Source of the DNA: Thermoanaerobaculia bacterium
GTDB lineage: Bacteria; Acidobacteriota; Thermoanaerobaculia; UBA5066
Reading direction: 5' to 3'
Length of the DNA stretch: 64,000 bases
Assembly (NCBI GenBank): GCA_038245905.1
Contig: JBBRRY010000003.1
Location: 104,755-168,754 of the forward strand
The position numbers were made by a program, and so were the translations under genes. Below are positions 58,324-64,000 of this stretch, piece by piece. The first letter of the stretch is position 1; each line of letters opens with the position of its first letter. The notes under the pieces are model-generated. The model had not been told where the DNA came from. It ran no database searches and saw only the letters and a program-made list of their open reading frames with translations.

Positions 58324-59439
58324 TCAGGGCTTCTCGGGCTTCGGCTCCAGCGCCCGGCGTGCCGCCTTCGAAAGCTCGGGCACGTGCTTCCCCTTCATGA
58401 CGCCGAGATAGAGGGAGAGCACGGCGCGGGGCCCGGCCTCGAGGGCGGCGAGGTACCTCTCGTGGCCCGCGGAGAGCAGGAGCGCGTCCGTGATCTGCGC
58501 GCCCACGATCGCGGGATAGCGGTTCCAGAAGTCGCCCTTCGCCGCGTTCGCGAGGAGCTCCTGCCGTTCCGAGTCCTTCCTCTTCCCCTCGAGGAGCACG
58601 TCCGCGGCGCGATTCCAGCGCGTGTACGCGCGGAGGATTGGTTCCTCGAGAAGCGGCACGATCGGAAAGAAGTCGTCGGGAATGAGAAACAGCGTCGTCG
58701 GCCCTTCGGCGACCGTCCGCGCGAGCAGGGTGTCGAAATTGGCGACCCGTTCGTCGGGCCAGGCCGGAGGTATTCGCACGTGCTCGTCGAAGAGAAAGCG
58801 CCAGGCCTCGGCGGACGCGGCCCGAAGCATCTTGAGGAGCATCTCGCGGGGCATCGGCGCCGAGCCGAGGTCGCCTGTCAGCCGAGGCAGATCCGCGGCG
58901 AGGACGAGAGTCTCCCCGTCGCGCGCGCCTGCGACTTCAGCGAACCCCGAGACACCGAAGAAGGGCACGAGCACGATCGTCGCGGTGATCGGCGTCGCCG
59001 CCGGCAGGAGCGACGCGATCCGGCGGCTCGCGAGGCTCGCGGTCGGCGGGCCTTCCGTCTCCAGGGTGTCGAGGACACGAGAAAAATAAGGGCTCTTCGC
59101 GGCGAACGTCGACAAGAGCGGATCGGGCGTGCCGGCGACCGTCGAGACGAGGCGACCGTAGAAGTCGTCGGGCGAGAGGCCTTCGGCCCGGATCGCTGCC
59201 GTGGCGTTTGCCGACGCCTTCAGGCGCCGGAGCGTCGCCGATGCATCCGGCGCGCCGGCCAGGAGCGCGAGAACGTCACGGGCGGGGGCGGTGTCGATCG
59301 AGAACGAAAGACGGTGCGGGGTCGGCGCCGCGAGGTCGAAGGGCGGCCCCGGGGCCGAAGCCGCGAGAGATGAGAGCGCAAGGGTCGCCGCCAGACCCGC
59401 GAGGAGGACCGCGTTTCGAGGACCGATCGTCTCAACCAA
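58324..59439 (-). CDS. Secreted hypothetical protein
   Basis: Signal peptide (..LLAGLAATLALSSLA); translationally coupled to the HAD gene; typical codon usage. Confidence 0.65.
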   Translation of the reverse strand: MVETIGPRNAVLLAGLAATLALSSLAASAPGPPFDLAAPTPHRLSFSIDTAPARDVLALLAGAPDASATLRRLKASANATAAIRAEGLSPDDFYGRLVSTVAGTPDPLLSTFAAKSPYFSRVLDTLETEGPPTASLASRRIASLLPAATPITATIVLVPFFGVSGFAEVAGARDGETLVLAADLPRLTGDLGSAPMPREMLLKMLRAASAEAWRFLFDEHVRIPPAWPDERVANFDTLLARTVAEGPTTLFLIPDDFFPIVPLLEEPILRAYTRWNRAADVLLEGKRKDSERQELLANAAKGDFWNRYPAIVGAQITDALLLSAGHERYLAALEAGPRAVLSLYLGVMKGKHVPELSKAARRALEPKPEKP

Positions 59440-60133
59440 GGATCGCCTCCAGCGCCCGGTCCGTGTCGGAAAGATCCGCGAGGACGACGTGCGCGCCCGC
59501 CGCCTCGAGCGCGGGAAGGGCCGTGCGGCCGGTCGCGACCGCGATCGCGCGCGCCCCGATTGCGAGGCCGCACGCGACGTCGTGGCGCGAGTCGCCGACG
59601 ACCACGCACTCGGAACCCGTGAACGTGAGGCCCGTCGCGGGCCGGGCCCTCTCGAGCGCGATCGGCCCCAGGTCCTCGCGGCAGGACGCGTCGTCTCCCC
59701 AGACGCCGAAGGCGAAGCGGTGCCAGAGGCCCGCGGCCGACAACTTCACGCGCGCGCCGCGTTCCACGTTGCCGGTCAGGAGCGCCGGGACGAGGCCGGG
59801 CACCTTCTCGAGCGCGTCGAGAAGCCGCGGAACGCCGGGCTTGAGCACGGGAGCGCGCTCGCGAAGTCCGGCCTCGAGCCGGTCGAGGTAGAGCGCGATG
59901 GCATCCCCGAGGCGGAGGGCGATCGTCTCGTCCGGCACGCCCGCTGCTCGCATGAGGTCCGTCACGATGAGGGGATCGAGACGCCCTTCGTACGCATAGC
60001 CGTCGGCGTCTCCGCACGTGCCGAAAACGTCCTCGAGCGCGGTCCGGAAGGCCGTCCGCGCGGGCGGCCCGGCGGAGAGAAGCGTTCCGTCGACGTCGAA
60101 GAGAACGAGGCGCTTGGCGGCAGACGCGCTCAT
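59432..60133 (-). CDS. HAD family hydrolase
   Basis: LVLFDVDGTLL, LLTGN, VVVGDS.HDV.CG, IAVATG; ATGA overlap. Confidence 0.9.
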   Translation of the reverse strand: MSASAAKRLVLFDVDGTLLSAGPPARTAFRTALEDVFGTCGDADGYAYEGRLDPLIVTDLMRAAGVPDETIALRLGDAIALYLDRLEAGLRERAPVLKPGVPRLLDALEKVPGLVPALLTGNVERGARVKLSAAGLWHRFAFGVWGDDASCREDLGPIALERARPATGLTFTGSECVVVGDSRHDVACGLAIGARAIAVATGRTALPALEAAGAHVVLADLSDTDRALEAILG

Positions 60134-61044
60134 CGCGCGGTCTCCGCGAAAGAAAGCCGGGTCGAGAGCGCGCGCACGAACTCGGGGAACACCTTCCTCC
60201 AGTACGGCCAATTGTGGACGCCGGTTTCGAGGACGACCTCGTGGGCCACGCCGAGCGCATGGAGGTACCGGTCGAAGAAGGACGCGATCTCGGCGAGACG
60301 GTACTTGTCCTCGGTGCCGCAGCGCACATGGAGGAAGGGCGCGCGCGCCGCGAGCCCCGGGTCGTCGAGGAGCATCGCGTAGAGATCGTTCTTCCTGAGG
60401 ACGTTCCTCACGGGGTCGTCGCCGAAGGCGCGTTTGAGCGACGGCCGGATGAAGAACGGCATCGCCTCGATGGCCGGCCAGCACAGCTGCTGGATCGCAG
60501 GGGAGAGTCCGCCCACCGCCGAGAAGAGCGCGGGCTCGGCGAGCCCCCAGCGCAGAGCGCCGTACCCTCCCATCGAGATCCCGGCCGCGAGCCGCCCGCC
60601 GCGCGAGGCGATCGTGCGGTAGTGCGCGTCCACGAACGGCACGAGGGACTCCGTCAGAAACGTCGCATAGAGGGACGGAGCGCTTGGCCCCGTGACCGGG
60701 CCGTCGACGAACCATGTGCCCACGCCGCGCGGCGAGACGACGAGCATCTCCGGGAGGCGCCCTTCGCGCATGCCGGCGTCGAGCGCGTCCGCAACGCCCT
60801 CGCGGACGAGGACCTCCTCGTCCCCTCCGCCGTCGTGCAGGAAGTACAGGACCGGAAAGCGCCGCGTGGGCGCCGCGTCGTACGACGGCGGGGTCATCAC
60901 GAGGACGCGCACCGGCGCCGCCAGAGCCGGCGACGAGACATGCTCGACGCGGCGACGCGCGTCTCCCGCCGCCGCGGCGGGCGTAGGGCAGGCGAGGGCA
61001 GCGGCGGCGACGAGGACGGCTGCACCGGCAAGGAGTCGGCTCAA
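60130..61044 (-). CDS. Secreted alpha/beta-hydrolase esterase (tributyrin esterase-like)
   Basis: Signal peptide; P.SY......FPVLYFLH, GISMGGYGA nucleophile elbow, CGTED, G.HNW.YW. Confidence 0.88.
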   Translation of the reverse strand: MSRLLAGAAVLVAAAALACPTPAAAAGDARRRVEHVSSPALAAPVRVLVMTPPSYDAAPTRRFPVLYFLHDGGGDEEVLVREGVADALDAGMREGRLPEMLVVSPRGVGTWFVDGPVTGPSAPSLYATFLTESLVPFVDAHYRTIASRGGRLAAGISMGGYGALRWGLAEPALFSAVGGLSPAIQQLCWPAIEAMPFFIRPSLKRAFGDDPVRNVLRKNDLYAMLLDDPGLAARAPFLHVRCGTEDKYRLAEIASFFDRYLHALGVAHEVVLETGVHNWPYWRKVFPEFVRALSTRLSFAETAR

Positions 61045-61079
61045 GGCCTGATTCTAGGGTGCCTGCTAACCTTGCCGAA

Positions 61080-61841
61080 ATGACCGGAGCAGAAGCCCGC
61101 GACACGCGGACGCTCGAAGGCGAAACCGCGATCGTGACGGGCGGAGGACGCGGCATCGGCCGCGCGATCGCGCTCGCTCTTTCCCGCGAAGGGGCCACGG
61201 TCGTCGTCGCGTCGCGCTCGGCGGACGAGATCGAACGGACGAAGACCGAGATCGAAGCCGAGGGCGGCAAGGCTCTCGCGATCGCGACCGACGTAACGTC
61301 GCGGACCGCCGTCGAGGGCCTCGTGGAGCGGGCGCGCAAGGCCACCGGGCGCATCGACATCGTCGTGAACAACGCGGGCGTCTTCGTGTGGAAGACCCTT
61401 GGAAGCCTCGCGGAGGCGGACTGGGACCGCGTCCTCGACACGAATCTCAAGGCGAGCTATCTGCTCGTCCACGCGGCGCTTCCGGATCTCGTCGCGTCGG
61501 GGCGCGGCCGCATCCTGAATGTCTCCTCCATTCACGGCACCGTGGGGGACCAGAACGTCGTGGCGCACTGCGCGGCGAAATTCGGGCTCGTCGGGCTCAC
61601 GAAGGCGCTCGCGTCGGAGCTGCGAGGGGTCGGCGTCACGGTGAACGCGATCTGCCCGGGCTCGACTGACAACAAGAGCCGCGAGCTGTCGGGGAGGCCG
61701 CACACGGCTCCGCTCCAGGAGAAGCTCGACGCGCACGATGTCGCTGCCGCGGCCCTGTTCCTCGTGTCGCCCGCCGCGGCGACGATTACCGGCGCCGTCC
61801 TCGACGTCTGGGGCGGGACGACCGTCTCCATCTCGGGCTGA
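61080..61841 (+). CDS. SDR family oxidoreductase
   Basis: TGGGRGIG, NNAG, NVSS, HCAAK (His at the catalytic Tyr position), VNAICPG. Confidence 0.9.
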   Translation: MTGAEARDTRTLEGETAIVTGGGRGIGRAIALALSREGATVVVASRSADEIERTKTEIEAEGGKALAIATDVTSRTAVEGLVERARKATGRIDIVVNNAGVFVWKTLGSLAEADWDRVLDTNLKASYLLVHAALPDLVASGRGRILNVSSIHGTVGDQNVVAHCAAKFGLVGLTKALASELRGVGVTVNAICPGSTDNKSRELSGRPHTAPLQEKLDAHDVAAAALFLVSPAAATITGAVLDVWGGTTVSISG

Positions 61842-61882
61842 GGAGCGCCGCCCGCGGCGCTAAACTTCCGGCCGCAACGCGT

Positions 61883-61959
61883 CTGCCCGTAGCTCAGTTG
61901 GATAGAGCATCGGCCTTCTAAGCCGAGGGTCCCCGGTTCGAATCCGGGCGGGCAGGCCA
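61883..61959 (+). tRNA. tRNA-Arg (anticodon UCU)
   Basis: CTGCCCG/CGGGCAG acceptor stem, TAGCTCAGTTGGATAGAGC D-arm, TCGGC-CTTCTAA-GCCGA, GGTTCGAATCC, GCCA. Confidence 0.96.
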
Positions 61960-62054
61960 TTCACCTTCAAGGCACTTAGGCCCGTTCCGGCTGGAGCGGA
62001 AGTGAAGCGTGCCGGGCCTCCGTTCCGTCGACACGATGATGCTAGGCTTCCGTC

Positions 62055-64000
62055 ATGCGATCGCGCCCCGCTTTCGTCGCCCTCCTCGCGGTCATAGCCG
62101 GGTGCGTGACCGCCGCGCCTGCGAGCTCGGGCTACGACAAGCCGCCGCAGAACGTGCTCGACGTCCTGCACGCGCCGTCGACTCCGAATCCGTACGTGAG
62201 CCCGACCCGCGACCGGATCCTCCTCGTCTCGTGGGTCCGGTATCCGCCCGTCGCCCAGGTCGCCGAGACGTTCCTGAGGCTCGCGGGCGTGCGTGTCGAG
62301 CCGCGGACGCGCCGCAAGCACGACACGCCCGGCGGCTACGGAATCGCGCCCTGCGCGCAGACGCTCGCGCTCGTCGATGTCGCCACGAGCCGTGAGACCC
62401 CGGTGACGCTGCCGCCGGACGGCTGCGTGGACGGCGTCACGTGGGCCGCCGACGGGCGGCGGTTCGCGTTCCGGAACACCTCGAAGGACGCCGTCGAGCT
62501 CTGGATCTGCGACGCGGCTACCGGCGCGATCCGGCGCCTCGGCGACGCGCGGCTGAACCCGATGCTCGGGGACTCACTGGCGTGGATGCCCGACCAGCAG
62601 ACGCTCCTCGTGAAGCTCGTGCCGGCGAACGCCGGGCCTCCGCCCGCGGCCTCGGTCACGTCCAGCGGCGCGAACATTCAGGAGACGACCGGCGAGGCCG
62701 GCGAGAGCAGCACGTACGAGACGCGCGACACGCTCTCGAGCAAGCACGATGAGGACCTCTTCGACTATTACGGGACCAGCCAGCTCGCCTTCGTCGACGC
62801 GAACTCCGGCGCGATCACGCCACTGGGAAAGCCCGCGGTCATCAGCGAGACCGGCGTCTCGCCCGACGGCGAGAACGTGTTCGTCACGACGCTTCACAAG
62901 CCGTACTCGTACGTCACCACGTACCCGAATTTCGCCCACGACGTCGAGCTCTGGGACCGCGCCGGTCACAGGACCCGCACGCTTGCGACGGTGCCCCTCG
63001 CGGATCGCGTGCCGATCGCCGGCGTGCCGACGGGCCCGCGCGACTTCGAGTGGCGTCCGACCGAGCCGGCGACGCTCGCCTGGGCCGAGGCGCTCGACGG
63101 TGGCGACTGGAACATGAAGGTTCCCGCGCGCGACAAGGTCATGTCGCTGAGCGCGCCGTTCACCGGCGATGCCGTCGAAATCGCCCGCACGGAGCAGCGG
63201 TTCGCGGGCTTCGACTGGAGCGAGCGGCGCGGCATGGCCCTGCTTCACGATTACGACGAGAACAGGCACTGGCGGCGTACGTTCCTCGCCGACGTCGATC
63301 ATCCAGCGACCCGGCCTTCCGTCCTCTGGGACATGTCGAGCGACGAGCGCTACAAGGACCCCGGTCGGCCGGTCTACAGGGTGCTGCCGAACGGGCAGCG
63401 GGTCGTACGCCAGGAGGGCGGCGCGATCTTTCTCGCCGGCCGGGGCGCGTCGGTCGACGGGGATCGTCCATTCCTCGATCGCTTCGACCTCGGGTCGCGT
63501 GCGTCCGTGCGTCTGTTCCGGAGCGACCGCACCGCCCTCGAATCCTTCCTCGCGTTCACCGGCGCTACGACGGGCGCATTCCTGACGTGGCACCAGTCGC
63601 CGACGGATCCGCCGAACGTGTTGCTCCGCACACTCGGCAAGCCGATCCTCTCGCCGAAGCCGGGCGAGGCCACGATCGCCTCGACGGCGCGCGCCGTGAC
63701 CCACATCCCGGATCCGACGCCCGAAGTGCGCGGAATCAAGCAGCGCCTCGTAAGATACACGCGCAAGGACGGCACGCCGCTCTCGTTCACGCTGCTCACG
63801 CCTCCGGGCTACAAGGAGGGCACGCGTATCCCGGCGATCCTGTACGCGTACCCGCTCGACTACGCGAGCACGTCGACTGCCGGGCAGATCAGCGGCTCGG
63901 AGCGGGAGTTCATGCGCATCGCGAACTACCGTCTGCTGCTGCTCTCGGGCTACGCCATCATCGACAACGCCGCGTTCCCGATCGTCGGCGATCCAAAGAA
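62055..64000 (+). CDS. S9 prolyl oligopeptidase family serine peptidase (3'-truncated by window edge)
   Basis: Manually translated: MRSRPAFVALLAVIAGCVTAAPASSGYDKPPQNVLDVLHAP...; WRPTEPATL.W.EALDGGD; Y.RKDG.PLS.TL.TPPGY, YAYP.DY; absent from the ORF track because no stop lies in the window. Confidence 0.85.
   Translation, partial: MRSRPAFVALLAVIAGCVTAAPASSGYDKPPQNVLDVLHAPSTPNPYVSPTRDRILLVSWVRYPPVAQVAETFLRLAGVRVEPRTRRKHDTPGGYGIAPCAQTLALVDVATSRETPVTLPPDGCVDGVTWAADGRRFAFRNTSKDAVELWICDAATGAIRRLGDARLNPMLGDSLAWMPDQQTLLVKLVPANAGPPPAASVTSSGANIQETTGEAGESSTYETRDTLSSKHDEDLFDYYGTSQLAFVDANSGAITPLGKPAVISETGVSPDGENVFVTTLHKPYSYVTTYPNFAHDVELWDRAGHRTRTLATVPLADRVPIAGVPTGPRDFEWRPTEPATLAWAEALDGGDWNMKVPARDKVMSLSAPFTGDAVEIARTEQRFAGFDWSERRGMALLHDYDENRHWRRTFLADVDHPATRPSVLWDMSSDERYKDPGRPVYRVLPNGQRVVRQEGGAIFLAGRGASVDGDRPFLDRFDLGSRASVRLFRSDRTALESFLAFTGATTGAFLTWHQSPTDPPNVLLRTLGKPILSPKPGEATIASTARAVTHIPDPTPEVRGIKQRLVRYTRKDGTPLSFTLLTPPGYKEGTRIPAILYAYPLDYASTSTAGQISGSEREFMRIANYRLLLLSGYAIIDNAAFPIVGDPK

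Noticed and set aside
61960-62010. CAAGGCACTTAG and a stem after tRNA-Arg as an att/integrase-arm remnant
   Set aside because: No duplicated tRNA 3' end and no integrase in the window; too weak to call.

Overview
High-GC bacterial chromosomal window; gene content (Oar-type TonB receptor, MacB-type permease pair, Hfq-like paralog, Rieske/cytochrome b-c fusion) is most consistent with Acidobacteriota, possibly Thermoanaerobaculia (inference). It holds about 50 CDS and 3 tRNAs (Ser-UGA, Ser-GCU, Arg-UCU). I see no rRNA, CRISPR array, transposase or integrase. Main content: (1) a ~14-kb GT-C surface/protein glycosylation locus (giant GT39+DUF2298+NHL fusion, SGNH, GT39+propeller, GT39+PA14, polyprenol-P glycosyltransferase, methyltransferase); (2) Rieske plus cytochrome b/di-heme c fusion; (3) LiaF-like/LytS/LytTR module; (4) yitJ-metH and purD; (5) a GrdB/PrdB-family selenoprotein with in-frame UGA and a SECIS-like hairpin; (6) a lower-GC 1.4-kb cassette between two diverged ~460-bp direct repeats, in which the selenoprotein promoter and N-terminus are fused in frame to a MepA-like Zn-peptidase domain, followed by a coupled secreted protein; (7) pgi, ROK, ricT, Hfq-like, peptidases; (8) an EPS glycosyltransferase operon ending in a sphingomyelin-synthase-like PAP2 gene; (9) serS, a decayed MenAT-like toxin-antitoxin pair and two tRNA-Ser; (10) efflux genes and hydrolases. 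Many genes appear leaderless. All family assignments come from motif recognition by eye; no database searches were run.
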